Positions 12,372 through 24,148 of a stretch of DNA of 34,454 nucleotides are shown here, piece by piece. The stretch comes from Octopus sinensis (Eukaryota): assembly GCF_006345805.1 (NCBI RefSeq), contig NW_021829902.1, positions 1-34,454 on the forward strand, written 5' to 3'. Under the pieces are notes generated by a model. It did not search any database. It saw only the letters and a list, made by a program, of their open reading frames with translations, and had not been told where the DNA came from. The first letter of the stretch is position 1. Every line of letters starts with the position of its first letter. The position numbers and the translations under genes were made by a program.

Positions 12372-12559
12372 AGGACATTCGTCACTACCCTACCTGGTTT
12401 TTGTCAACTTATTTTTTCCCGAAGCACCCGCGGATAACGGTAAAAATATATTTTCAACCATAACGTTTGCCAATTTTGAAGTTTGCTAACATGAGTTAAG
12501 TCCCTTCTTGCCATAGCCAAGTGAAAGCGTATGTGTGTGTGTGTGTGAGGGGGAGAGAA

Positions 12560-12837
12560 GTTGTATGTTGCATTCTCGATCACAATATTGTAGTTTCAAT
12601 TCCTAGACCAGGTGTGCATTCTGCTCTTGAGCAAAACACTTCATCTCACGTTACTCTATGATCACTTTGATACCTGACGGGTGGTACACAGTGCACCTGT
12701 TCAGACAACGTCGATTTGATGGAGAGAGTGAGCTTACGTGCTGCACATACATTTGATCATTATAAAAAGATATCGTTTTTGTAGGTCGTTCGGCAAAACC
12801 TGAACACACATATAAATTATCTTTGACAGGAGAGACC

Positions 12838-12838
<1 letters not shown>
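12560..12838 (+). mobile_element. tRNA-derived SINE, third family
   Basis: B-box-like AGTTTCAATTCC followed by TTGAGCAAAACACTTCATCTCACGTT and a unique body; family recognised from memory only. Confidence 0.55.
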
Positions 12839-12900
<62 letters not shown>

Positions 12901-12902
<2 letters not shown>

Positions 12903-13037
12903 AGCAGTATAACCCAGCTTTTCCCGGGATTAAGTTAGAATTATTAAGGTAATCAAGTTCTTTATTTTAAACCAAACTTACATCGACGTCAAATTTGGGC
13001 GAAATCCGTTGAAATTGGTTTATATATGCGCCATCTA
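12901..13037 (+). mobile_element. Possible non-autonomous Helitron-like fragment
   Basis: Starts TAGCAGTATAACCCAGCTTTTCCCGGG, resembling CTAGC...CCCGGC...CCCGGG Helitron 5' ends; lies between (TA)n tracts. No 3' hairpin was confirmed. Confidence 0.3.
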
Positions 13038-13044
13038 TATATAT

Positions 13045-13102
<58 letters not shown>

Positions 13103-13184
13103 GAATTTCGATTATCCCCACGTGGGTGAGTTGTAACATATATATAAGAAATTGAAAAAAGGAAAATACGTATATTTTTTAATG

Positions 13185-13217
13185 TATCGACCAGTTTCGC
13201 AATCACTATTCATGATA
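13185..13217 (-). ncRNA. Minimal type I hammerhead motif with A3:U8 core
   Basis: TATC-ATGAATA-GTGATTGC-GAAA-CTGGTC|GATA: 4-bp stem I, 2-bp stem II, ACTGGT stem III and a GUC site. Confidence 0.55.
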
Positions 13218-13504
13218 TTATGTTTTACTTATTTGAATATATATTTTTTCTTAAGAAGAAATTTTGTCTATGTTGTGTGTGGTGAAATTCACGAGTGACT
13301 GACTTCACAAGTAGATAAATATAGGGAGGTTGTCGTTATTATTGTTATTGTTGTAGGTAAGGGAGATAACTGCTCAGCTTTCGGTAATGGGTGGGGATTA
13401 TATATGTGTTCAGACAGAGACAAGTTCCAAAATCCTTGTTTAGTAGGGGATTTATGTACAGTGATGTAATCGTGAATTGAAATATATAAAAAGATAAAAG
13501 TTGG

Positions 13505-13968
13505 TTATGCGCGCATATTAAGACGTGCTTTGTATTTTTCAATTAAAAAAGTTTCTTTATTTAAACGTTCTAGTTGAGAGATTGTGTCTTTGCAATGGTA
13601 GAAAAGGAAGACTGTGGAATTTGGTTTGATGTTACCGGCACATTTTTCTATAGGTTCACTGAGAGGAGTTTGTCTGTATTGCGGAAAACGGATTTGCTCT
13701 TTATGTAGAGTGGTTCTCTTTCTCAAGGTCATACTCGTTTTTCCAATATAGTGGTGTCCGCAACCCACGCTGGTTATTACATAAATTAGGTTCTCAGAGG
13801 CACAAGTGAAACTAGTTTTAATTGTGAACTTCTGTCCTTGTTTGAAAAGGAAATCCGAGCCTTGAAGCAGGTTGGGGCAGGTTCCACAGTTTGGGCGTCC
13901 GCATTTTTCAACCGTTGGTTTCGTGGTTGTTTTGTAATGCTTCGCATTTGTTAGTAGTGTCTTTAGCG

Positions 13969-13969
<1 letters not shown>
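13505..13969 (-). CDS. Penelope GIY-YIG endonuclease domain with Cys-rich linker (fragment, 154 aa, no start)
   Basis: My upstream translation extends the tracked ORF by 67 codons: SLKTLLTNAK...VEKCGRPNCGTCPNLL...FTCASENLIYVITSVGCGHHYIGKTSMTLRKRTTLHKEQIR...KETFLIEKYKARLN. LIYVI...YIG is the GIY-YIG signature. Confidence 0.9.
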
Positions 13970-14019
<50 letters not shown>

Positions 14020-14046
14020 CAGAGACAGATAGATAGATAGACAGAC

Positions 14047-14133
<87 letters not shown>

Positions 14134-14885
14134 TGGGGGAGAGAAAGAGATTAATAGATTATTTGTTAGAAGATCCTGTGTACTCACTAGTGAAACTCAG
14201 AATAACAAGGGACTGACTCGACCAGAATGAAATATATACAGTGATACGTAGGGACAAATTAGTAAATGTTCATACACCATCATCTGCTTTTAAGGCCAAT
14301 GTTCTGATCTACTGTTCTACCTCCAGCTAAGAAGAGTTCAGCAGACAGCATTAATTTTACCACCCTTCGTAAAGTGATTAGTAACACGAAGAACTTTATA
14401 CAATTAAAATTTAACGACGAATTGAATTATTATTGCCTTTATTAATGTTAACAAATGTAGCAGTTTAACACATTAGACAATGAATAAAATTCTAAAGTAA
14501 TGAGAGAAATTAGCAAAATGTTAACAAATATGGTTAAACAAAGCGAAGTTTAAGACACAACAGTAATTTTACTTCGACTAAAAGAGTTACTACACGTGTT
14601 GTAAAATGACTGTAGTTAATTTCTGCACCAGTTCCTTAGCTCAGAAGAATGTCATTCAGTATTACAAGTGAAGATTGTAGTACGTTTCCTGATTCAAAGA
14701 AACCATATGAAATGATAACTGAGAAAATTTGGATTGTGACTAATGACTCATATTGAGAGAATTGTAGTTCTATATTTAAAGAAGAGCTGTTGATGAAATT
14801 TATTACTGAATCTGAATTACAGAATTATCTGTAGTAGAAGTTTCCAACCATCGGGTCTATATGTATAAATATATATATATGTGTG

Positions 14886-14941
<56 letters not shown>

Positions 14942-15089
14942 TGCGTGCGTGTGCGAGTGCGCGTGTGTCTGTGTGTAGGTCCGACTCAAACGTGTTTCCG
15001 GTACATTTGTATAGGCAAGTCGCCTATACATCTAAGCGCTTTATAGGTGCGAAACCAACGGTCACTCTCTGACCGGTCATAGCAATCAA

Positions 15090-15127
<38 letters not shown>

Positions 15128-15188
15128 GTATATATATATATATATATATGGTAAACTTTGCATAAAATTCTTTGCAATAGTTTTTACA

Positions 15189-16068
15189 CGAGGTCTGATC
15201 AATAAGTATCAGGACTGTTGCCATAGTAACGAAGCTAAAGCATGCAGAGTAAAGCCGATTGGCAAAGATTGGCCTTGAACTCTGCTGTGCATGCGCACTA
15301 AGTTTTAACGTTCCAGCTCACTTCCGCTGTTTACAACAGTGCTTGGAAGAAACGTGTGTAGCATGTGATCGTCGCACTAACCATGGCAGAGAAATTTGTC
15401 ATGGAGATATGATACTGCTCAGAGGCCTACGTTAAGTTGCAAAAAGTATATGGAGAGGAGCGTATGAGCCGTACACAAGTGTACGAGTGGTTCAGACATT
15501 TCCAAGATGACCGTTCTTGGATAACTGTTCTGGGAGACCCGCAACCAAGCAGAGCTGAGAAAAACATCGCAGGATATGCGTGCAGCTGTGAGAGGAAATC
15601 GTCGAATCACCATCCGTGGGTTATCAAAGGATATGCAAATTAGTTACGGTTCAGTTCAGTCCAAGATTTGGGATATGAGACGCGTGTCTGCCAAGTTTGT
15701 ACCAAAACTGCTTTCAGTTGAGCAAAAATACTTGTGTTTCTGTTGCACAAGATCATCTTGATTGTGTCCAGAACGATGAAAGCTTTTTGTAAACTTTGTG
15801 TAGGCCTCAGAGAAAGTATCACCAAGCTTTTGGCAAAATTTGATGCAGATTCTCTGCTCAACTTTCTCTGTCATGGTCAATGCTACGAAAATACGCTACA
15901 CGCGTTCCTTCTAAGCACTACTGTAAATAGCAGAAGTGAACTAGAAAATTAAAACTTGGTGTGCATGCACAGCAGAGTTCAAGATCAATCTGTGCCAAGC
16001 GGCTTTACTCTGCATGCTTTAGCTTTGTTACTATGTCAACAGTCCGGATACTTATTGATCAGACCACG
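15189..16068 (+). mobile_element. Non-autonomous mariner derivative with two 5' ends
   Basis: TIRs CGAGGTCTGATCAATAAGTATCAGGACTG and CAGTCCGGATACTTATTGATCAGACCACG|TA. Transposase remnants KVYGEERMSRTQVYEWFRHF (HTH) and RRVSAKFVPKLL (WVPHEL-type linker). 15781-16068 is an inverted 5' end encoding MTEKVEQRICIKFCQKLG. Confidence 0.9.
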
Positions 16069-16631
16069 TACGTCATTTTACAAAGTAAAATTTTGCCCTC
16101 TGTTGAATTCATATTAACTGGAAGTGGAAAAGCGAGTACTTTGATGTATAATAGCTATCAAAAGTATGAAGAATGAATATGATCACCTAGAGATATAGAG
16201 CTAATATAATAAAACTAGTCATGAACATCTTTCAGCTACATGCCTGTATACATACATACATGCATGCATATATACATGTCTACGTACAAGCATATATGTG
16301 TTACACACACGCGCATAGATATATACAAGCGTGCATGTATGTATGTGTATATGTATATTCTTGTTTTTATTTCAACAATGTAGGTTTACGTATATTATAT
16401 ATTATATATTATATATTATAATCAGATACTGAGATCCTCGTTGATATGACGCTGATATGAAAGATAGTGTTAAATAGTTATAGAAGACAAATTATTAACT
16501 CCACTTCTCTGTAGTAGTTACTGGATTTGTACATGTGTATGTAATTATGTGTGTATATATATATTCATATATATAAATATATACATATATATAAATATAT
16601 ATATATTTATACACACACACATATGCATATC

Positions 16632-16666
<35 letters not shown>

Positions 16667-17007
16667 ATGTTTTAAAGAATGTTTGTTTCTTCTCTGGTAT
16701 CAAAGTTTCCTGATGACAGATCATCAATATTTTCAGCCAGAGCTCGAAATAAAAATGAAACTCAACCCGTAAAGCTGGCAGCATCGTGAAATGAGATCAC
16801 ATACAATATGATACGTTATTATCAACAACGTAGTCTTGCGCACATGAATGTCTTAATGGGAGAATAAAAGACATCACAGGGCTATAGTGTTGGTTACTTC
16901 CGTTGTTATAGGATATAAAACTACTTTTGGATTAACAACTACCGTCGGAACCGCTTAAAAGAATAATTAATTGGAAATAAAATAAAATAAAATAAAGCAG
17001 TAAAATA

Positions 17008-17151
17008 AAGCCAGGAGTTTGCTTCCTAATCACTTGGTTCCGAGTTTTGTCACAATGCGCGGAAACTTAGGCAGGTGTCTTCTACTATAGGCTCGCATTG
17101 ACCAAAGTCTTGTGAGTTGATTTGATAGATGGAAACTGGAAGAAGACTGTC

Positions 17152-17218
<67 letters not shown>

Positions 17219-17263
17219 TAGATAAGATAGATAGATAGATAGATAGATAGTAGATAGATAGAG

Positions 17264-17296
<33 letters not shown>

Positions 17297-17510
17297 GTGG
17301 TTGTGGGGGCAATCAGTATTGCTTGGCAACCAGTATTGGTTTGTTTATATCACTGTAAAGTAGAGGTTCGGCAATAGGGACCGAAATAACAAGTACTGGG
17401 CTTAAAAAATAAGTACTGGGGTCGATATATGTGACTAAAATCCCTAAAGGCGATGTCCCACCATGGCTGCTGTCTAATAACTGAAATAAGTAAAAGACAA
17501 AAGATAACAG
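17008..17510 (+). mobile_element. Composite SINE with internal (TA)n(GATA)n
   Basis: Head (TGTCTTCTACTATAGG...GGAAACTGGAAGAAGACTGTCG), then microsatellite, then tail (GGTTCGGCAA...AAGTACTGGGGTCGAT...ACTGAAATAAGTAAAAGA). Confidence 0.8.
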
Positions 17511-17920
17511 CAATATTATGAAATAAAGACAGAAACAAGATGAAATATAATAGAATGAAATCATTGTTAGAGTAAGCTTTCTAAAACTTAGAAATGTAAT
17601 AAATTTGTAGTAATTGGTGTTCTTAGTAATTTGGCGATGTTTTTGACCACAAATGTCGTATGTAAATCTAAATCTACGTCGTGGAAATACAAACAGGAAA
17701 AATGTAATTATTTCACCGTAAATTGGGAAAAGAAACTGATAAACACCCTTAATTGAGTTTCAAAACCTATTGGGTTGTCATCGGATGTATTTACACCATT
17801 TGACCAATCTCAGGTAAAAAAGCGGTCAATCTGTTTATATACACAATCAATCCAGTAGCTACAGAGAACTGCGATTCCTAAGTTGCATACCATAAATATT
17901 AACTCTTTTTTAAATATCGA

Positions 17921-18133
17921 TTTCAAACTTTGGCACAAGGCCAGCAAGTTGGACGAAGGATATAAGTCGATTACATCGATCCCAATGCTGTACTGGTATT
18001 TATTTTATCGACCTCGAATGGATGAAATACAAGACCGACCTCGTTGGAATTTAAACTCAGAATGTGAAGACGGACGAAATGCCGCTCAGTAATTTTACCT
18101 GGCGAGCTAACGATTCTGCCAGCTCGCCGCCTT
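17921..18133 (-). mobile_element. tRNA-derived SINE (GGCGGCGAGCTGGCAGAA family)
   Basis: Reverse complement begins AAGGCGGCGAGCTGGCAGAATCGTTAGC and contains GAGTTTAAATTCC. Confidence 0.85.
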
Positions 18134-18223
18134 GACGCTTTATTTAAAATCAGAAACATGTCAACGGGGACCTCAGTCCACACAGTATCAAGATATGATA
18201 TATAATGTATGTAAATCACAAAT

Positions 18224-18371
18224 CACTGCAGTTACCGTACAGAATATATCTCTGTTATGGTAAAAAGGTGTGAAAACGCCCGGTTCGTTCAGTGTTGCGA
18301 CACTGAACGAACCGGGCGTTTTCACACCTTTTAACTATAAGAGAGATATATTCTCCACGGTAACTGCAGTG
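18224..18371. repeat. 148-bp fold-back palindrome
   Basis: 72-bp arms (18224-18295 and 18300-18371) with 5 mismatches and no indels; the inner 33 bp are perfect; 4-nt centre TGCG. Confidence 0.95.
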
Positions 18372-19266
18372 TATTTGTCTTTTAGTAGTTGAGATATGTC
18401 ACAAACATATTGCAGCTAACCTAAATTCTACTTATGCCTAAACACTGCTTAGCGCTAACATTTCGATATGTAAACCTACGTTCCTGAAATGTAAGATAAT
18501 GACCTGAAAGTAGTATTGTTGGCGAAAGAAACAGTAGACAGATTGTTAGATTTATTCTCGGGCACTATTGTGTACGCCGGGCTCTATGTACGTTACGGCA
18601 GTTTGCCTAGCGTAGTGGAGCTGGAACAACTGATGGAGCACATAACGGATGAACACCCCGGATAATTATAATTGTATATATGAACAGTAAAATGAAACTG
18701 CGAGCTTTGTGAGGCTCATAAACCATTCATTGTAAATATTTCATTTCATAATTATCTTTCGTTATATGTACCCCACGTTTTGTGTTGTCTGTCCTTGTTA
18801 TGTCCCCTCTCTATTCAGGCTATATGCCTATAATAAAGATTTATGTAAACCTACGTAGTAAAAACACTAAAATGACAAAAACATTGAACAACCGCAATCG
18901 AGTCCCCAAACTTACAGGGTTAACATCAGAGGTGTTTGCATCATTTGGCAAATTCTATAGCATGTTAAATCATATAACATTAGTAGTAAAGATATGGGGA
19001 GCTGGCATATAAGTACTCCTGTTTCTATATGTACTTTGTACATAAATATGTAAGCGTGTGTACTCTCATGCATACGTGCGTATGTTGTTACTTATATCTT
19101 ACAAATGCTCCGTGGCTCGCTATTTTTACTGCGCAATATCCGTATAGAGCGGCCGCAATGCTTTCGCAATCCGAAAAGAAAATCTTCACCTGCGATGTTC
19201 TCATCTAGGTCCGCACCAAGTTACTTTCATCGCGTGTGTGTGTGTGTGTGCGTGTGTGTGTGTGTG

Positions 19267-19308
<42 letters not shown>

Positions 19309-19550
19309 AGTTAAAATGAAAGCGTGTTTATGCATAAATTGGGTGAACATTTATTGAATAAAGGGCTCATAGAGATTGACTTCGAAATTTCAACAGACAG
19401 TAACATTAAACAGATTATAAATTAAAATGGACGATAGTATACGTACTATTTACTTTACTCATATATTTATTTTAACTGGATTTTATTGTCATTCATCTAT
19501 GACACTACACGACATTTATACACACATACATACTTACATATATATGCATG

Positions 19551-19616
<66 letters not shown>

Positions 19617-19660
19617 ATGTATATCTAAATGCATAATACACATAAATGTTTGTTTATATA

Positions 19661-19733
<73 letters not shown>

Positions 19734-20154
19734 TACACACACATACATATTAAATATTTGTTTTGAACTTGTTTGCTTTTTCTACCCCCATTGTGGTGAT
19801 AAGTTTTACTAATTTTACAATATAATATTTTCCATTATTATTTTTTTATCTTGCATTATTCCCGTATGAATTTTGTATAATATATTATTTTATATTCTTG
19901 TATTTTTGGTAATATATGCCAACGTTCTCATATATTAATGAACATTTCCTTTGTCATATGTTTTATGAAGGAAATTTTTTTTATCTATGTTTATGTGTAA
20001 GCTGTTTGCTCTTAATTTATTGCCACGTTCTTTTAGTTTTTTTTCCCCTAACAAAACATTATTTCTTGTAATCATATCATATACTTACTTAATGTATGTA
20101 AACATCTTTTGATATATTTTAAACTATGTAAACACACAAACACACACACACACA

Positions 20155-20185
<31 letters not shown>

Positions 20186-20562
20186 CACACCACACATATA
20201 CACACACACATACACATATACACATATAAACATATAAAATCCGGCATCAGTGTGAATATGTGATGTTACATCACGTGGAAAACGACATATGTTTGTTCAA
20301 TACAAGTGGTCTTTGAAATGATGGTGTACACGTATTAACCAAAACGCCGAGGATGCGCTAAATGAAGAACAACCAAAAGACACACATGCACACACACGTG
20401 CGCGCTCCACATACTCATACGCGCACTCACACGCACGCATACTCATACACCCACACACAAGGATAGTTCCCCCAAAATGAAAAAATGGGCATGGATTTTT
20501 TTATTGACTGGTAGAGGTCGTTCAAATTGCACCTCTTGGGTGAAATAACTCATCCTCTATGT

Positions 20563-21180
20563 CAGTGGTTCTCAACCGGGCGCTTTGGGAGTTGATAGAA
20601 AATTTTGTTGCTAAAATGTATGTGCAATAAATTAGTTAAACTTTTACTTACCATATGGTTCCGGGTTCAGTCCTACTGCATGGCATATTGGTCAAGTGTC
20701 TTCTACTATAGCCTCGAACCGACCACAGCCTTGTGAGTGGATTTGGTAGACGGAAATTGAAAGAAGCCCGTCGTATGTGTGTGTCTGTCTATCTGTCTGT
20801 CTGTCTGTCTGTCTGTGTCTATGTGCATCTGTGTGTGAGTCTTTGTGTCTCTGTTCGTGCCCCCAATCCTCCCATCACCACTTGATAACCTGCGTGCTGG
20901 TGTGTTTCCTTCCCCGTTACCTTACGGTTCAACAAAGGAGTTCGATAGAATAGGTACTAGGCTTTAAAACAATAAATCCTGGAATCGATTTGTTTGACTA
21001 AAACCATTCAATGCGGTGCTCCAGCACGACCGCAGTTGAACGACTGAAACAAGTAAAAGGGTAAAAGAGTATTTTCTAATAATATTTAATTATAAAGATA
21101 TAAGATCTTTAGAATAGAATAGCTACGAGGCTCCAACCGAATAAAATGGGAATCACAAGGGCCCATGAGCAAAGAAATGT
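20563..21180 (+). mobile_element. Probable hAT-type MITE split by a SINE
   Basis: hAT-like terminus CAGTGGTTCTCAACCGGG at 20563. The right part (21085-21180) resembles the other half from memory; the right TIR was not seen. Confidence 0.4.
20645..21069 (+). mobile_element. Composite SINE with internal (GTCT)n
   Basis: CCATATGGTTCCGGGTTCAGTCCTACTGC...TCTTCTACTATAGCCTCG...GAAAGAAGCCCGTCGT, then microsatellite, then CGGTGCTCCAGCACGACCGCAG...CTGAAACAAGTAAAAG. Confidence 0.88.
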
Positions 21181-21270
21181 AGGTAAATATGTGCGTGCCT
21201 GTTCTCTCATGTATACGTACGTATATTGTCACTTATATCTTTACATACTCCATGTTTCGCTAATTTCTTA

Positions 21271-21672
21271 TTTCTTATTTTTTTATTGCCCACAAGGGGC
21301 TACACACAGAGGGGACAAACAAGGACAGACAAACGGATTAAGTCGATTATATCGACCCCAGTACGTAACTGGCACTTATTTAATCGACCCCGAAAGGATG
21401 AAAGGCAAAGTTGACCTCAGAACGTAGCGGCAGACGAAATACCTATTTCTTTACTACCCACAAGTGGCTAAACACAGAGAGGACAAACAAGGACAGACAA
21501 ACGGATTAAGTCGATTACATCGACCCCAGTGCATAACTGGTACTTATTTAATCGACTCCAAAAGGATGAAAGGCAAAGTTGACCTCGGCGGAATTTGAAC
21601 TCAGAAGGTAGCGGCAGACGAAATACCGCTAAGCATTTCGCCCGGCGTACTAACGTTTCTGCCTGCTCGCCG
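21271..21672 (-). mobile_element. Tandem SINE pair (full copy 21444-21672, 5'-truncated copy 21271-21443)
   Basis: Direct repeat of GGACAAACAAGGACAGACAAACGGATTAAGTCGATTA...GGATGAAAGGCAAAGTTGACCTC. Confidence 0.88.
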
Positions 21673-21689
21673 TGTTTCGCTATTTCTAC

Positions 21690-22902
21690 TACACAGTGTC
21701 CTTCATTGCAAACAAATAATGGTTTCTAAGGAGAACCAACGTGCCGTCAATGTGTTTTTGATGAAGAAGAGGTGCAGGCTGCCCGAAATCCAGAGAAGAC
21801 TGCAGGTTGTTTGCGAAGATGATAACACTGACAAGAGTAATGCACATAAATTGATGAAAAGGAGGAAAATCAGCATTGAAGTCAAGCTATAGTGGGAAAA
21901 GCATCGTCAGCAGTCACTGCTGCGATACGCCTGTGAGTGGATGAACTGATTTGTATGAACAAATGAGTTGCAATCCTCGAATTTGCTCCTGCGTTGTTAA
22001 ACTGTAGTCACAATACATCATAGAAGATAATGGAAGCCTTTGCGTTTCGGAATGTATGTGTAAAGTGAATATATCGGCAGTTGACCCCCGATTTGCAAGA
22101 AGAACGGAACTCCACTTTGATTTGCTCGAAGTATCTGAAGCTGCTGAAGACACGTTTTTTGTTTTTGTTTTTTTGTTCCGATCTTGTGACAAGGTATGAA
22201 ACATGACTGTATCTTTGTTCCAAAAAGGAAAATTCAATCTACGGAATGGTGATGTACCTCTTCTTCAAGATCTAAGAAGTTCAATTGCCAGTGATCTTTA
22301 CAGAAAGTTATGGTAAGTGTTTCGAAGGTTGACAAAACTATCATTCTCTTTGATGCTTCGAAGCAAGGCCGTACCAGAACAGTGAGGGGTACATTGAGAC
22401 ACACAGAAAGCTTGGGGAAGCCTTTAAGACTCTATTAGGAGACAGTACAAGAATCTGAAACCGATTCACACTCACCATGACAATGTGCGACCACCTACAC
22501 GTCTCTGGCCACAAATCAGGCAGTCAGCAAACTGGAATGGTTAGTGGTCCCTCATCCAACATACAGGCCGGATCTTGCGCACTATAACTTCCCACCTGTT
22601 CGGTTCAATAAAGGACAGTCTTCGGGGACTACGATTTGATGACACAGATGATGTGAAAGTGGCTGTGAATAAGTGGGTTGAACAGTACGCAACAATATTT
22701 TTTTCAAAGAGATTTAGAGAGTTAGATTCAACGATGGAGCAAATGCATCACTCGTGACGGAGACTTCGTGATGGAGACTATGCTGAGTAGTACCTTCCTA
22801 TAGAAAAAGAGTTATTCAACAAATATGTTCAATTTGAACGGCCTATGTCAGTTAATAGAAAACTTATGTCCACTTTTACATTACTTGGGAGGATAGCCCA
22901 CG
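21690..22902 (+). mobile_element. Decayed near-full-length mariner (DD34D-type transposase pseudogene)
   Basis: Remnants PEIQRRLQVVC (HTH), HDN, HPTYRPDLA (YSPDL motif) and HLFGSIKDSLRGLRFDDTDDVKVAVNKW; right end ...GATAGCCCACG|TA. Confidence 0.85.
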
Positions 22903-23139
22903 TAAAACAACACATAAAATAAAGGGATAAAATAAGAATAAAATAGTGCTGAACGGTACACGATTAGTGACTGAAAGTTGAAAACTGGTGTGAGAGATTT
23001 GATTACATGTCTGTTATAGATAAGAGTTTGGGAATTCATTGCAACAGTTTTCGTTGGTGTTGTTGTCGTCGTCGTCGTTGTTGTTGTTGTTGTTGTTTTT
23101 GTTGTTTTGTTGTTTTTGTTGTTGTTAAGCTCCAGGTCA

Positions 23140-23335
23140 TCCTTAACGTACCGGAACTATGAATCAAAGGAATTTTAATGGTAATCATCCGGTATTTTTG
23201 TATAGAAGGGACTATTTAGTTCAAGGTATCCTTATTTCTTTTACCTTTTTTGTGTGAAGTGGAAGGTGTGATGTAAGACTTGGCTACCATTTCCAGCAAG
23301 TCGAGCGACCACGTCGAGGCTTCCTTGTCGACGTA
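23140..23335 (+). mobile_element. Diverged interspersed repeat, probably a SINE
   Basis: TTGGCTACCATTTCCAGCAAGTCGAGCGACCACGTCGAGGC block recognised from memory as an octopus repeat; not verifiable here. Confidence 0.35.
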
Positions 23336-23619
23336 TAGTATTGTTGAAGATTTTGTTACTACTGTTTCTACTTAGACTCTAGATCAATCGGAAGATCATA
23401 TATAATAGAGTCTAGACTATCGTTTGTACTATTTCTGGAAGAGTGTAAGGATTACCTAACGTCAGCAATATGTGTAGTGCTTCAGCTTTGCACACGTTAT
23501 TTGTTACGTTGTCTATCATTTGGTTTATACACCACAATAGATTTAGAAACTAGTAATATATGAACCAGCCAGATTTTCCTGTTAAGAAATGTGAGTCTTC
23601 GCAAACTCTTCTAAAAATT

Positions 23620-24061
23620 TCTACCACGCTGATTTCCAAAAGGTTTGCAACAGGGACTCTGCACCATGCCACCCAAGCAGGAGAACCCAGTTATGGCTGT
23701 CATATAATTTCTGCGACCACATCACCATTAACATCTCGCCATCTAACCCTAACCACCCCCTTGATTATCATTATGTGGGTTGCAACTGAGCGAGAGACCA
23801 CCAAAATTCTCTGTAACACCTAAGATGAACTGAAGGCAAGGATTGAGGCAGCAGCCACCAACTTAAGCAAGGAGACCGTCCAAGGGAGTTGCAGAACATT
23901 CCGAAGTCGTCTGGAGGTTGAAGCCAAAGGCGATTTTATTGAATAAATTTACTCGCTAGTATTTCAAGATGTAATTTTGGCAAACATATCTGTTAAAATA
24001 AGATGTCAGTGTTATTTTTATTTTCGCGTAATTTAGACAACAGTATATTCACCGCACCCTG
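23620..24061 (+). mobile_element. Tc1/maT (DD37D-like) transposon 3' remnant
   Basis: Mosaic translation QQDSAPCHPS...NHPLDY...ERETTKILCNT*DELKARIEAA..NLSKETV...FRSRLE...GDFIE; right TIR ...CACCGCACCCTG|TA. Confidence 0.75.

Positions 24062-24148
<87 letters not shown>

Larger units (their letters stand above)
13100..13969 (-). mobile_element. Penelope-like element, 5'-truncated (linker + GIY-YIG endonuclease + 3' UTR/pLTR)
   Basis: Open frame 13969-13505 followed by a 3' UTR carrying a minimal HHR motif; bounded by (TA)n and (AG)/(GATA)n. Confidence 0.9.

Noticed and set aside
15005-15085. GAAAC-CAAC-GGTC with an upstream CGCCTATA/TATAGGTG hairpin
   Set aside because: Stem II, stem III and GUC look HHR-like, but there is no CUGANGA-like core or stem I partner.
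12303-15189. Composite transposon formed by the two mariner copies
   Set aside because: The TIR outer ends face the intervening DNA, the wrong orientation to mobilise it.
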